In this document: positions 10,253-25,400 of the stretch, one piece after another | Position numbering within the stretch: the stretch's first letter is position 1 | Layout: each line of letters opens with the position of its first letter | From: Lama glama | Taxonomy: Eukaryota | DNA: 64,000 bases | Reading direction: 5' to 3' | Assembly: GCA_028534125.1 (NCBI GenBank) | Contig: CM052817.1 | Location: 20,400,001 to 20,464,000, forward strand | Position numbers and translations under genes: made by a program | The notes under the pieces: generated by a model | Database searches by the model: none | Told to the model about the DNA's origin: nothing | Seen by the model: only the letters and a program-made list of their open reading frames with translations

Positions 10253-13200
10253 AATGAAATAGCAGGGATTTAGTGCTGGTGTAGTTCATACACCATTTAT
10301 TTAGTAGAGGCCATTCACAAAAGGTACACCATTGCCTTTTGCACCAGTTTACTAAGTTTACTAAGCTACTAAAGAAAACACTGTAGGCAGTGTTTTGCAC
10401 TTCTCTTGGCTTGACAGTCCTAATTCATCCTACATTTTCTGTTTCTGGATAAGTATGTATGCATTGTTTGGATGGCTAGTTTTACCTGAAATTACTTTTT
10501 TCTTTTGTGCTACTAAGTGGGCAACTGCATCCAGAGAGAACATTTCTGAAGTTACTGCTGCTATCTATGCAAATTGAACAGTATAAAAATTTTAGCTATG
10601 TTATACGTTATGCAGGATTTTACAGATAAACAGATGCTGATTCATGCAAAGGAAGTACCAACTCTGAGATACTGAAATACTACTTTGACAAAAATGCTGA
10701 CTTAAAAATATTTAATGATATGCAAATATCATACAAACCTACATTTTTAATATTTCAATATCCAATAAAGTTAGGCTTATATGAGGCTATGCATTCGGCA
10801 TTCATATTATTTGTATTTAGTATTAAAAGTTCATAAGCAAAAGTAAATTGCATAAACCAATTATTATTTAAGCCAAGCAACAAAAATTTCCTGTTTGATG
10901 CAGTGTGTGCAAGAATATTTTGATATGCATTGTGGTACACTGAGACTATAATAATGTTATGGAATAGTTGACACAGTTGTTTTCATGTGAAATGTGGAAA
11001 CAGTAAAAAAAATTATATATTCTGAGGTGAACTTCAGAAGATATAAAGTTTATTTTCGACAGTTTTGCTTGTGTGATTATATCTGTGTGCATATATATAT
11101 ATATAACATACATCTCACAAAGTTTACTTTTCACACCCACCAAAGTTTCACCCAACAACTTAAAACCTTTTGGAAATTGTTGTGTCTAAAGCTGTAGCAA
11201 CTCTGCTGATAAAATATCACATGTTTCTTATAGCCAGAGCATCTCAAGAAACACATTTATGTCTGTCAAATAATATCCAATAGTACTTTTTCTATTAAAT
11301 ATGCTTTGCATGTGGAATGTGTGATCTGAGAAGAATTAAAGCAAAGGAAAAAGTTATTTTATAGCCTCATTAAAAATGTTATTGATGGGCTCATTAAAGA
11401 TATTATAGAAAAGAGATAGATAATAATTTCTTATTGTTTTTATACTTTAAAAATCAGTTTCGTAAAGAAATGTTTTTGACAGATAGTACTTAAGTGTAGC
11501 TATTTGGATAAGGAGAAACAGACAATATGCTTTTATATCCAGTTATCAAAGCAATCTGAGAAAACACAGGTTTGAGCTACATTGCATTAAATGCCTTTCA
11601 AAAAGATGTCTTTTCATGCACATGAGCCTGAGTTATTTCTTTTAAACGAAACATGGCAAGTGGAGAGTGTATTTGTTGTGTTAGTGCTTTACCTGAAATT
11701 AGTTGCAGATTTTTGTTTTGGTTTTGGTGATTTTATCAGTTTTGTAAACAAGGACAATTCCCGTTAAAAATAATAGCACTTTTAGAAGGTTAGATATAAT
11801 AATACCCACAAATAAATTAAGATCTGTAGAAATTTCTTTAGAAAATGGTAATTTGTTATGCCAAAGCATGTGAAGAGATATTTCTGCAGAATATTTACTT
11901 CTCCACTGTCATTCTAACAGGATTTTCTGTCCTGTGGCTGACTGGCATTTATATTTTAAATTGCATAATCTTAAACTTTTGAGTCAACATATTAAGTGGG
12001 AGATTTATAGATATTTTATGCAGCCATCTCATATGTTCTGTGCTGACACTTAAGCTTTATTTGGTCGTCAAATGGAGTTAGCTCTATATTCTTGAATATT
12101 TAAAAGAGCCAATATCAAGACTGTTGTGGCATCCTGTTTAAAAGGCAAAGTGATATGCTTATAAATAAACTAATATATGGTGTTAGTCTCTTAACTGAGC
12201 AAAGAAGTCCATATACCAGAAGAGAAAACCTACAAAATCATTGGAATAAACCATGCAGTTTGTAAAAGTGACTTTGGAAAACGTGTGTTGTTGGACAGTC
12301 AAAAGATGTATAAAGTTTTAACCACAATAAATAGCTGACCTAAAATGAAATAAGGGCAAATGAAATGCATTCCCCTTAATGTAATTAGTAATAGTAATTG
12401 ATATGTTTCGTCTCCTCAATCTTGCTGTCAGGAGACGAGGGATCCATTTACAAAGTTACATTCTGTTTAGACATCTGACATATTAAACAGGATCTTTTTT
12501 GTTCTCAATTTTGTTTGTACTGTAAGTAGATGATTTTCTATTTTTATTTTTTAAATATATTACCTTTGATTTTTTAAACACTCCCAAATGTATTTTCTTT
12601 GATTAAACCTCACATAATTTTTTTTTAATTCAAGGTTTTGTTATGATTTCTCCCCTTTAATGCTGAACTTATCTAAAGAAAATCTCCAAGGTTGTTCTCT
12701 TTAATTTCTTAATGGTAGGGATTAATTAAAAATCTGAGATTTCATCTGACACAGAGCCTTCACTTTATTTGTAATTTTTCTTAATTGCCTTATCATAGTT
12801 CTTTACTTGTGATATAAAGGAAACGATGTCTATGACAGTGTTCTTATCTTTATGAGAATTAGTTTGAAGTGTTGCTCCTAAGTTCCCTTAATGGTTACAT
12901 TATAATGAGGTAAACAGCTTTGCAGAAATGTATTTGTAAATACTGACCCCCTCCACTTCTTTTTGGTTTGTTTTCATAGGCTCTAGCAATGTTCAAATCA
13001 ATCTTCTTTAGTTACTCTTGGGCAGAATCGAGGAGATAATGTGTTGCAAGAGTTGCTGGAAGTATTCTGAACTTCACACAGTGAAAAAACTGACGATGTA
13101 GCCCAGGTTTTCATACTTCAGACATTTACAATTCAAACAAAAGCCCTTCTTCTCAACTCAATAATGTGTCTACTTGAGCAAACTGTAGATCATTGACATT

Positions 13201-14559
13201 AGGTATCCACCTTTCCATTCATTCTTCTTTTGTGCGGTAAACCTGGTCTTGGAGGTTGTTAAAGTTTTGTGACCTGGAAGTACAAACAGTGCTTTTGATT
13301 TGTTAAATGAAAGCAGAAGCAATCTATTTTTTAATTTATTTTTAAATCACCAATATTTTACTATGTGTTAAGTATTTTTCAATTTTCTTAAAAAAAATAT
13401 AACTCCAAAAGTTTGACAGAAAACATAAAAGCAGAGTTACCACTTTGCATGTTGTTTTCAAGTCCTCTTGAGCTTATCCTTGCCGTGTTGTTATTTAGAT
13501 AATGCACTGACAAGTAAAAATTTTATTGTATTTAGTGAATGGAAAGTAAGGTACTTTATTTTTGGCAAGCATATAGAGGATGCAGCTTGAATAAACATTA
13601 ATTTGAAAATCCATTTGTAGCTGATCCTGAAATACGCAAGAAAAATTCATATTAGTTCCAGTGACAGTTTCCCTAGCCTAAGGAACTGCTGAATGTTGTC
13701 TGAATAATGTTCCCTCTAATTGATCAAATTGTGTTCAATATAGTAAAATTATGGCAGAAATTATTTTTTAAATTACTTCCATTTGGGAAACAAATAATGA
13801 CTTACCATCTATTAGAGTTATAAGCACTGAAGAAACTGAATATCAGTTTATTTGTGAGTGTGTATTATACCATATGTATTATAGTGGAAGTGCATCTGTC
13901 TAGTGATGCCAACCCCAGCCGCCTCCAGTTTTAATTCTATCAGCAGAACTTCTACAGTATGGTTCTCCTGCCTATAAGCCAGGATATTTTCAAGAGGCAC
14001 AATGCATCTGCCTATGGTGAGACTTCTGTTCCCTTTGGCCTGAAATCATAGGTTAGAGGCTAGTAACTGATGAAACTTAGGCTGTGTCTTTAGTCAGGAG
14101 GTATCTACTGGCTTTCTGGATGTCAACAAAACATGGGAAGGGTCATCCACTGATTTGACCTGCAGCATACATACAAATTTTTACTGAAATCCAGGTATGA
14201 CAATTTGCAAATTACCCCAAACTTCTCCTAAGTCAATTAATGGCTTGACGTAAGGATTCTAAGTAAACCATGCAGCTGCAAAATCATTTTTTCTTGTTAA
14301 CTTTTCATCTTTGAGTAAGTACATAGCTCTTATGGGGAAAAGCATGCACGCAGTAAATATATATCACGATCTCTCACTCTCTCACATTCACACACGCACA
14401 GATACACTCATATAAACCAGCTATGGCGCTATGAGGCTCATTTCCTGTGATATTGATATGCTGATAATGTGGAAAAGAGTTGAACTTCAAACAGATACAG
14501 AATTGACAGAAATATATATCATAGTCAACTGCTCAGTGTTTGTATCTGAAATCGCTAGA

Positions 14560-14725
14560 GTCATCATATTTTAGAATTAAAAGATACCAACCAAAACAAT
14601 CCCCTCATTTTGTAGAAGAAACTGAGGCCTCATATGAAAAAGTTAATTTGATTGAGATCATAAGATTATCAGGGATTTAATGTGAACCAGAGTCCTAGAC
14701 ACAGAATGCAGGGTCCAGTGTTCTT
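14560..14725 (-). mobile_element. MIR SINE
   Basis: Reverse MIR core cccctcattttgtagaagaaactgaggc. Confidence 0.65.
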
Positions 14726-15738
14726 TTTTTTTTTTTTTTTTGTCATGCTACTTGTAGGAAAAAAATGATTTTCTACAACTTTCTCTGTATCTATTTCAGT
14801 AGTAACAGAAATCTGTTGAGATCTACTTATGTACATATAACTATATATTTAGCTATGAAAACTGATTTTTTTTACAATAGTATATAATTTACTTTAGGCT
14901 CTAGGTTTTATCTGTAAAATTATCAGGGAAATTATATTTCTAATTTTATAGCTTTTTAAAAGAAATTAATAGTTTTTCCCCCCTTATGGAAGAAAGCAAC
15001 TGATGACATACATTAAAGTAATTTAACATGCTTTAGAAGATATATTCAATAAGTTGACAGGATTTTTCATTTTAGCAGAACAATGACAATAGATGTAAGC
15101 TCCTACCTAGCATTTAGTACATCCTCAATAAAAACATATTTATAGTGGAAATGAATAAAAGCTTTTTATATATTATGTATGAAACGTTCTATGCATTCTG
15201 ATTGAGAAAATCTACCTTTTCCATCAATATTGATGACTCCTTTGGCTTCCAAGCGTCTCTGCATTTTGGCAACTTTGCAGATGCACTGTACTTTGATAGT
15301 ATCCTTAACACGGAGTCGTGAACTGGTTTTTCCTCTAAATGTTTTCTAGAAAATTGATAGAAGAATGTGACATTTTGTCATTTTTCAGTTGGATCACTTC
15401 CTTGTTAGTCAGTTAACCAATCTCGTGTTTTAGATTCTAAATTTACATATCAATAACATATAAATTATTTATTAATGTCAAGAATGAAATCCAAACTGTT
15501 TTTAAAACTAAATATAGTGTAACAAAACCGTGGTTTCACAATAACCACCAATGCTCCTAGGCATTTTAACATCATTTTTTTTCTGGGAGAGGGTGGTTGT
15601 AGAGGTTATATAGGAAATTTAGTATGACAATTGTTTAAAGTTTTATGTTTAAATTATGTATAACCAATTTCTAGGCTATCCCCAGGCTCCCCATCCATTT
15701 ATTTACTATAACTCTATAGAAATAGTAGGATCTGTTTT

Positions 15739-15761
15739 TATATATATATATATATATATAT
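15739..15761. repeat. (TA)n microsatellite
   Basis: Read directly from the sequence. Confidence 0.9.
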
Positions 15762-16249
15762 CTTGAGTCAGCTTTGCTTTTCTTTCTTATTTATTTTAAA
15801 AGCCCTTAGAATCATTTCTAAAGCAGGGACTCTGTTTCAGAACATTACACAGTGCTTAATTTAGCATTAGTGTTGTGGGAGAAATCACATTCCAAGAAGA
15901 ATTGAGCTGAAACCACTAAAACTAATCTTAATTATCACTTCTGGTGAATTAATGTTTTAAAGGCAGAATAAAGGTTTATTTTCAGGAATTTAGTGATGTT
16001 TGTATTGAACTCTAATGCTGTGTACAAACAAAAAAAAAAACCCATTAAAGCTTGCAAGTAGGATTCATCTGACAAGTTAACTTTTTCCCCCTTGAAGTTA
16101 TTTATTATTTACAAACACAAAATTTGCAAATAAAAATTCTCTGCTCCAAAACTTCCACCACAGCATTCTAATCGGGCATAAGACGTTGGGTAAATTTTCT
16201 TCATCAATTTTTTTTTGACCTGCATAAATCTTTATTTTCCTTTTTTCAG

Positions 16250-16285
16250 ATGCGTCCACATCCATACATTACTGTGTTTGGCTGA
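16250..16285 (+). CDS. PCDH7: PCDH7 short terminal coding exon (isoform a-type tail MRPHPYITVFG*)
   Basis: Polypyrimidine tract tctttattttccttttttcAG ends at 16249, with a branch-like TTGAC ~30 nt upstream. In phase 0 it reads ATG CGT CCA CAT CCA TAC ATT ACT GTG TTT GGC TGA, matching the recalled PCDH7a C-terminus MRLHPYITVFG. Spliced protein 1070 aa; intron 10169-16249. Confidence 0.92.
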   Translation: MRPHPYITVFG

Positions 16286-16467
16286 ATTCCACTCTAATAT
16301 GATGCTCCATTATGCACCATACTCTGATGACCTTGCTACTTCGCAACCTGCTGGAGCCTGCCCTTGGCCGTGGGGTGTCAGCCAATCACTGCTTGTTCCA
16401 CTTGTTGTGCATTTGATTTTCAAGTTTTTTTTTTCTTTTCGTCTCATTTAAGGAAAAATAGTATTGA

Positions 16468-16500
16468 AATAAATAAACCTATAAAAAAAGTATTAATAAA
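16468..16500 (+). terminator. Candidate poly(A) signals of the short terminal exon
   Basis: AATAAA at 16468, 16472 and 16495, about 180-210 nt after the stop codon. The true cleavage site cannot be determined from sequence. Confidence 0.4.
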
Positions 16501-19500
16501 GAAATGTGTTACTAATGGGTGTCAAAGTCACCAGGAATTCCATTCTCAAAGAGGTAGTTAGCAGAATTTAATAGTAAAGTCTTTAAAAAAAAACAAAAAA
16601 ACCCAAAAACCTATTTCAACAATGATTTGAAGACTCTGGCTTTGGGTGAACTGAGGAAAATTTAGTCTATTAAGTCTTTGTCTATAATACATTAAATAAC
16701 GACTTTGAATAAAATCCTAAATCGATCAATAGTTTTAACTTGTTATGTAATCACAGTCTTTTCCAGACCAGTGAGATAGTTGTGAGAGTAAAGGACGGTG
16801 TCTCTTGCTCATTCTGTGTGTCTTTCTAAATGCCACTGTGTGTGTTTGTGTGTCCTCCCACACATGTGTATGCAAAGACTTTCAGCAACATTTATAAATT
16901 GTATTGTCTATAAAGACATTCAAGAGATTTATTTTGTATTTATCGCAGCCACTGCCAAAGGTTGATTTTTCCTTAATCAAGAAATACTAAACAAAATATC
17001 TGTAGACTTTCCAAGGGATAGTTTGTTTTTTAAATTCCTTAAGAAAATTTAGAAACTTTCAGTTAGATTCACTGAAGTCACTGTGGTCATATTCAGAAGG
17101 AATATGAAGGCTACATTCATCTGAAGGCTATTCTATTTAATGTCAGAGAACATAAATTCAAGAGGCTTCAGCATGTGACATACTGAGAAAGCAAGTAGCC
17201 GGATTTTAGTTGTATAAGTAGCGATTTGCTAGGTAAGTCAGGGAATTCTCTGTATGGTCCCTCTAACTCTCTCTGTTTGTATATTTGTGCTTCTGTTTGT
17301 TATGTTGTATGTGTTTACGTGCCTAAAAATAAGTGTTCCACTTGTAAACTTTGATAATTGTATAATATATTTATCATATCATCTGCCCAATTAAAGTTTT
17401 CCCCAAGTTTTGAAATACTGACCAAGAATGCCAGATTCTTGAGAAAATTTGGGTGAATTATTGTTAACAGAAAAGCACTTTCAGAAAAATAAATAAATAC
17501 TGGAACAACAGTAAAATACGGAGTGACAGGAAACGCACGCGAACCCATGAACATCACTAATGCATGCATTTCAGACCTTTTATTTTATTAGCCATTGACT
17601 TAATTCTGCAAGAAGGAAATTTTCAGAAGTATCACTGAGACTATAGTGAAATTCCTGAATAAAACCTAATTGATCATCAACCTCTCATTTCGTTTTGAGC
17701 ACAAGGACCAGTGTGAGAAACTGGTGAAGAGAATTCTTACTGCTTTTAGCTTCTTGGAAATGTCATGCTTCCTCATTTTAACGAGTAAACTTCCTCAGAT
17801 ATGCTGAAAGTGTAAGTCCTCTAACAAATCACGTCAACTCCAAAACAAATTATAGACCAAAAAAAAGACCAGAATTTTGGGGATAACCTAAAATGTGTAA
17901 TCACATGGAGGGGATATTTATGAATATCTTCACAAAGAAGAACATTATAAGGCAGAATTATGCAAACTTGGTTTGCAACACACTATTGGGACATGAATCA
18001 ATTTGTCAGTTTCTACCACAATTAGAAAGATACAAAATAAAGCCAAAAATTTTCAAGGATTCCATCCATATAGTAAGAGTAAATATTGTCTTGGGAGATC
18101 TTTATTTCAGTTGTGTTTGTATGCCTGTGTGTCTTTGGCTTTTGGTTGCTTCGTAAAAAATGTGTCTTATTGTGGAAGCAGCTGAAAAGTATTGCGAACC
18201 ACCACTCTAGACTGTTTGGGGTGGGAAACAATGGCTATTTACAGTTATGATTAGAAAAACATAATAAATCAAAACAAAAGAATTACTAACGCTCCCCAGA
18301 ATGTTAGTTTGTTATTAAGCTGAATCAGAACAATCAACAGCAGTGAGCTTTTGAGAAGTCCATTACCATTCCTCTGCTTTTTTTTTTTTCAATCTCTGAA
18401 GATGTCTCCCTTGGTTCCCATCCCTGCACAGACATTTCTCCCCCAAACCCCTGCCTCCAGTTGTCGTCCCCACCTCAGGTCTCCTGACCAGGCTCCTTTT
18501 CAGTTACTGGAATTTACCATTTAGGGTGGTGCCTGCGGACAGATGGAGGCAGACTCAGAGCCAACCATCCAATACCCTGTATATTTTAGCAGTTGGACAT
18601 TTCTTTTAAACGTCAGGACAATACTTCATTCTCTGTAAACTCTAAAGAGAAATATGAGCATGTTAGAGACTAGTTTAAATAAAGTTTATTTCTTTTAACA
18701 CATCTCATATCAGCTGGTACTGGGTATGAAAAGAAAAATGGGATTGAGTCTGTCCTCATGGAATTAGTATATTAAAGAAGATTACAGAGCAGAAAAACGA
18801 TAGATAATATTTGCATTATGCTTCTTCAGTTTCAAAGCATTGAATGCATGTTTGCTTCTCAGAACGATCTGTAAGGAAAAGCACCATTTCTATTTCTGAG
18901 ACAAGGGAACTGAGGTAATGAACAGCTGTTTCATGGCTCTGATGGAACTGGCTAAGAACTATCAGGTCTTTGAAGAAATAGCCCAAATTCAAAAGTACTG
19001 ACAGCATTTAGGGGAGGTGGTGACATTTGTACTTTTGACTACAGTATATTTTCAGACTTACCTGGGTAAAATCTTTGCAAAAGAATTAGAATGGAATTCA
19101 TTTTTCAAACTTCTTTTGGTCACAAACTGCACTTTATATTACAGAAAAAAATGCTGTGGGTATAATTTAGAGATTGAATTAATTAACCCAATTTGTAAAC
19201 AATAGCCTCATATGTGATTAAAAACAAACAAGCCAACCTCAAGAATTAGGTAAATCACTCTAATCCTAACTTTACTTCTGAGGCTCTCTCTAGAAAAGCT
19301 ATCGAGGTCCTTCAGAAGTAATTCCATGTTTGAAATAGCTCCCTGGGAATAATTTCTATCTATAACTTTGCAAAACACTTTTCTTGGATGTGTATGATTT
19401 TTTAATCCATTTACTTTATACAGAATAGATTGGCTATGTCTTTAGTATACAGTACAAGGCTTTGTAATTAAAATGATGGCTAAAACAAGGCCCTTATCTT

Positions 19501-19559
19501 CAGTGCAAAAATAATATATACAAGGTAAGGGATACGTGAAGTTCAGGGGAACTATCCCC

Positions 19560-19653
19560 AAGTTTATCTTGTCCATCATGTGATTCCAGTGCCTACTACA
19601 GTGTCCCGCGTATCAGAGACACTCCTAAATATTTGTTGAACAGATGACTGAAC
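19560..19653 (+). mobile_element. L2 3' end
   Basis: ccagtgcctactacagtg...taaatatttgttgaacagatgactgaa matches the L2 tail. Confidence 0.7.
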
Positions 19654-21299
19654 AAAAGACCTGGGCCTTGGTACTAGGTAGCCTGAGAAATCCACCCACG
19701 TTGGATCACTGAACTGCACTGTGGCCACTTTTCTATCCATCTCTGAGAACATCCTAATTGTTATTTTCTTTCCCTGCTGGGTGGATGTCTCCATGATAAA
19801 AGGCTACCTGCTGGGTTGGCTAGAGTCTCTGCCTTCTCTGCGGGGTGTGTGACTCTTGTTTTGGTACCAAAAGAGCAATTGTCTGATTTCCCCTCTTTGC
19901 TTCCTCTGGGTGGTGTTATACACACCAAACCCTTAAAAAAGATAAAGTAACTAAAGCAAACTTGTAAGGAGGCACTGGTCACACAGTAGATGTGTGATGT
20001 ATTTGAGGGGCTTTGAAAAAAGCGTGCAAATACATGGGTTTTCAGGATTTTTCTGGCACTCCATTTTTAGGAGAAAAACATACACATGTGTCCCCAGACA
20101 CACGCATGAGTCTCCGTTTTGTCAGCGTGTATCTTCCCACAGGCAGTAGTAGTGTTTCGCTGTGCCAACCCACGCTCACTCGTAACGCGTTTTTCCCCCC
20201 TCCGTTTCCATTCTCACTGCCCCTGGGGAGCGGTCATTTTTAAAGGTGAGAATCCAGCACATCTGGAGAAACATGTGCTTGGTGTACTCGGGAGAGAGGT
20301 CTAGAAGAGGGAGTGTGCCCTGGCTGGGGAGTGATGAGCAGTGAGGTGGGAGCTGAGAAATGCAACTCGGAAGCACGCCTTCCGAGCCCCAAGTTCTAAG
20401 GAGAGCCTTTTTTTAAGTAGCAAATGACCTCTGGAGGAGTTGGTTCAGTCTTTGGCACACCTGGGTGTAATCTGCTGTAAGCAGATAACTAGGTCGGCAC
20501 CTCACAAAGACCAGTAGTTCTTAAGAAATGCAGATTTGATGAGGGCCTTGAGGAAGGATGGACAACTTTCAGTAGTTTAGAAGACCGAGAACTCTGTTAA
20601 GGCACCGAGTGGCTCGAACTCCAGCTGGGAGACAGGAGGTAAGGTGAGATTATAACTAAGTAAATAAACAAATAAATAAAGGTGGGCGGGGGGATCCAGT
20701 CCTGACAAAAGCCAATGTTTGTGGCCTTGAATTTTGACCCGGGGCCCTGGTGACCGGAGGATGACACTAAACGTCAAGGCTTCATGTGATTACAAAATTA
20801 GTGTCAAAAAGCAGTGGATGTTTACTTTCTCCCATTTCTGCCAGGTGTTTTGTTTGGGTTCGGTTTTTGTTTTCAGCCTGGAGTATCCGTCCACCTGCTC
20901 TGTCGTCATTCATTTTCTACCCTGTATTTTTGACAGAAAGAACAGAGAAGGAAAATAGAAGAAAAAAAAAACACAAACTGCATGGCAATATACTCCCCTT
21001 CTCTCTACTATTATTATTAGACTACTGGAATCAAAGCTGTTGCCACATACTGCCATGGAGCTGTTTCTTATCCTAATTTACTTTGATTCTCAGAAATTGA
21101 GTTCTGGTAGGTCTGTACTATATCCCAGAAACCTGCATTTTTGACATTTTCACTTTCTCAGTTCTGATTGAAGAGGGTAGGTCAGGCTACAAAAAACGTG
21201 AGGTTTAGAGCCCCTGAAATCCCTAACTTCTGCTTCCTGGCTCACTCTTCGACAGCCTCTGGGAAGTAGGAAACTAAAGCTGGACAAGGTAACAGGAAA

Positions 21300-21470
21300 G
21301 TCTGCCTTCTTGTCCTGGCTCTGTCACTGACTGGCCAGTGTGACCTATGTAAGTCTCTCAAGTCCCCAAGCCTCTCAAACTCATCCTCTGTCATTTTACG
21401 TAATAACCCCTGCTCTGATTACATGACAGGGTTCATGAGAGCCACATAAAACGTGTGGAGCTTGTCAAAA
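21300..21470 (+). mobile_element. MIR SINE
   Basis: tcctggctctgtcactgactggccagtgtgacctatgtaagtc core. Confidence 0.7.
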
Positions 21471-21857
21471 AGCTACTGCAACTTAAGATAATATTTCTAG
21501 TTATCAAGAAATTTCTCTAAGCCCTTCTTAAAGTGCATTTACACTTTTGGGGTATTTTCACTATGATGTTAAAAGGTTATTTTGGTTTTGGTTTTGGTTT
21601 GTTTGGTCACAGTGTACTTGTTTGGAGCCCTGACATTCTCCAACCCTGGCTGATTTCTCCAGGGTAACGCTGATCCCGCTCAAGGTGCGGCCACTGCGTG
21701 TGCCTCTCTGTCTGCCGGAAGGCACTGGGTTTGGTCACAAATCATTTCAGTGCCTGTGGCATCTCGACGGTGAAAGAGAAGCAAAAGCTTGTTGCTGTAA
21801 AACAAGGAGTTTAGGAAAGGCTCACAACAGTTTGTATCCATTTTGATACTTTAAAAT

Positions 21858-21957
21858 NNNNNNNNNNNNNNNNNNNNNNNNNNNNNNNNNNNNNNNNNNN
21901 NNNNNNNNNNNNNNNNNNNNNNNNNNNNNNNNNNNNNNNNNNNNNNNNNNNNNNNNN
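21858..21957. other. Assembly gap (100 N)
   Basis: N run. Confidence 1.
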
Positions 21958-22104
21958 TGAGAATTATTATTAGCATAATAGTCCTGATCGATGTTTGTTT
22001 GTATTATGCACAGATTTACGTGTTCATATATTTAGGCTTTTGTACGCAGTTTGCTCTAGTGCACAATCCCTGCTATGTCTCCTGAGCAGGCTGAGAAGAG
22101 AGTC

Positions 22105-22414
22105 TGTGTTAGTCACAAGGACTGTGGTAACAAAATACCAAAATACTGTGTGGCTTAAACAGTAGAAATTTCTTTTTTCACAGGTCTGGAGGCTAGAAGT
22201 CTCAGATCAAGGGGCCAGCGCATTTGCAGAGCGAGAGCTCTGATGTCCCTTTCTCTTCTACTAAGGACACCAGTGCTGTCAGATTAGGGCCCTACCCTTC
22301 TGATACCATCTAACCATAATTAGCCGCATAAAGACTGTAACTCCAAGTAAGTCACTTTGGAGTTTGGGGCTTCAACAAGTGAATTTCCCAGGAGATACAG
22401 TTCATTCCATAACA
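22105..22414 (-). mobile_element. MaLR solo LTR (MLT1A-like)
   Basis: TG...CA ends, motif gtggcttaaacagtagaaattt...ctggaggctagaagtctcagatcaagg, 5-bp TSD GAGTC/GAATC. Confidence 0.85.
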
Positions 22415-25400
22415 GAATCCTTTCTTGGTCCGAGCAAGAACTTGTTGGACCAGATCATCATTTCTTCATGAGTTTGTCATTTACCACATACGGTCTGTAC
22501 TTTCATAGCAAGGAAGGTACACTTCCCATTTTATGAGGACCTTTTCAACCCTTTTCAGATCAGCCTCAGAAGACATGCAGCCAGATAGATGTGTTTTGGC
22601 ATTGATGGAAAATTGGTACAATTGCTATAGCTTTTGTGAAATAATATGAATCTATAACATGTAGGCATGTGCATAAAATTTGAAATTCATGTTTTAGCTT
22701 ATTATGTCTAACATTTTATGCACATCATTGAATGCTTTCTGCAGTTTTCAGCTTTCACAGGGATGTGTGACATTAAATAACATCTTAGTTATTTTAATTT
22801 TGCCAACTGATAAGTTCATGTAGGTATATTAATTAATATAAAATCAATATTTGTATAAAAGAGTCCAAAAATTGTTCCACAAATGTAACAGAGGTCTTTT
22901 TAAATGATGATGTTTATATTTAGTTTTAAATGTCTGGTATATTTTCAGCATTAAAGTCCAAATGAAAAGCAGTAGGAGTTGAGTGGGGAGGGAATCAGTT
23001 GAAACAGTAATAATGTAGGCTTAATAATCCCTCTTTTCAAGGGACAGTCTCAGTGGATTTGCAGGCATAGTGGCATAATTGGTCTGACAACGATCCAGTG
23101 GGTATGATTTCTCATGGCATATGGAAACTGCCAAGCATGTAACCGAGGCTAGTCCCACGCTCTGAGTGACTCTCCACCAGCTATTATTATGTATGCATGC
23201 AACACTTTGCATCATGACACAAACCCAGGGACACATCAAGGGTTTTTCTTTTTTTAAACTGTGCCTTTTAATTTTCTTAGTTAAAATTTCATGTGATGAA
23301 ATACATAATGAGTAGCCTGGGAACTATATATGCATAAAGCAATGATTTTTTTAGGGGGATAATACATCAACATCAGGAGGAGGGACTCCTTTTCTGTCCT
23401 TTGGTCAGAATTTCTAACGTCTGAACAGACCTTTCCTAAGAACTACCTTTCTAAGCTTCCTGAGCTAATTTTACATTTGACTCCCTATATTAAAAATGGC
23501 AAGTTAATCCGCCCTTTTGTTCAGGGAAATGGCAATAATTATGGCATAAATTTAAAGGATTTTTAAAAAACTGCATCTAAATTCTAAATCTGCTTTTCAG
23601 TGTATTTAACTATTGAGCACAAAGACCAATTTTAGATACAGAGATGGCATTTCCTTAGGGCGTTAGGAACAAAAGATGGTGATGCCTATTTTTTCCAAAC
23701 CAATGCACATAGTATTAGGTCAGGAGCATTCAAATTTACATTGTTACAAAGACTCCTGGCCTTTCTCTTCAAAGTTTTACCTTTAATAAGAAACGTGTAT
23801 GTGTATGTTTGTAGATGTATATACGTATAATAGATATATAAGTATGTATATATACATTCACATATACAATACACACACAGAGGTAATACAGTAACATTTC
23901 AGAGAGCAAATACTTAATATTGTATGCCAATTACATGATTATATGCAAGGCAGTGTTTTGGAGACTGGAGAAAGCAATAATAAAAACAGACAAACATTTC
24001 TCCTCCTGCAGAGATTCATTTTTAGTGAGATAATACTTAAATGATAGATAAACTTACAATGCACACTATATTCTATGCAGTGGTCAACATGTTTCACATG
24101 TGTTAACTTACTATGTAGATACAACAGTCCTAGGAAGAATGCCTATAATTGTCTTCATTCTGTAGTTGAGAAAAATGACAGGCGGTGGAGTCGAGTAACT
24201 GGCTCATGGGCCCACAATTTATAAAGTAGCAGAGGCCAGTCTCTACCACCATGCACGTGCGGAGTAGAGGAAACAGATCTATTTTATAGATAACTAGTTC
24301 TATGAGAATGAAATTGAATTCACTGACTTCTCTTGAAAGCTTTGGTGATATTTCAACCTTCCTATTTTAATACCTTTTACTATGTTCTTGAAATTAGGTC
24401 AGTCAGTCCAATTTTTTTTAATACTACCATCTTAAACCTTAATCAAAGTGCAAATCAAAAAATGGGAAGACAGATATTAGACCAGCAGGCCCTCCTCCCC
24501 TCCTTCCCTCTACCCATTCTGTGCTTGGGGAACACCTCATAAATGTATTTTCCTTTTTTTGTCATTTAATTTTAATATTCTTCATTTCATTCAGTATTCA
24601 CAGTCTATTGTGTATGTTATTCATACAACTAGGAATAAAATATACTCATTAACTTTTGTGAATTGCCATTTGATTTAGGGCAGGACATGCCTTTATATAG
24701 AGAATAAATTTTTCATTAGAAGATTCTTAAAACATACATTTTGTTTACCTTTTACTAAAAAGAAAAGTCATGTTTTATCTTTCCCTTAAGCATTCACATT
24801 TGAAAGAAAACAAGCTAAAAAAATTCTTTGTAAGAGATTTCCTGTACATATTCTGGTTTTCTTTAAATTAGGTGCTCATTATTAAACATTAAATTAAAAT
24901 ATGACCTATATATAGCTTTTTTCTTAAAATACATTATTTTATATTCTTAAAATATATATATTATCATGTTTGCTATTTCTTTGTTTAAACTGTGTGTTTA
25001 GATAGATATCATATATAGATAGATAGAAAGATGTCTATATTTCTTTATAAGACACGTTTTCAGTCACCTAAAATTCAGGTGCGTACCAGTGAAGACCATC
25101 TGAAGTTGACTCTTTATGATGATAATGATATACTCATTTTTGCTATGACCATGTCTTCCTAATGTGTTAATGATACTTTTTTAAATAAGGATATTTATTC
25201 AACTGGTAGGTGTCCCAAAATGTGAATCTTTGTAGTATAACTCTGGGTTCAGTTATATAATATCCCTATATACTTGTCATCTGGGTTGATCTTAGTGTTA
25301 TTGGAATGATTTTAAATTTTTAAATCTTCAGAATTAGTGAATCAAATTTTTGAGGCTGTTATTTCCACAGTCCACTTAATAATTTGTGGAATTTTGTTTC

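Noticed and set aside
12408..12438. 9-bp inverted repeat TCGTCTCCT/AGGAGACGA
   Set aside because: A stem this short is expected by chance in 64 kb.
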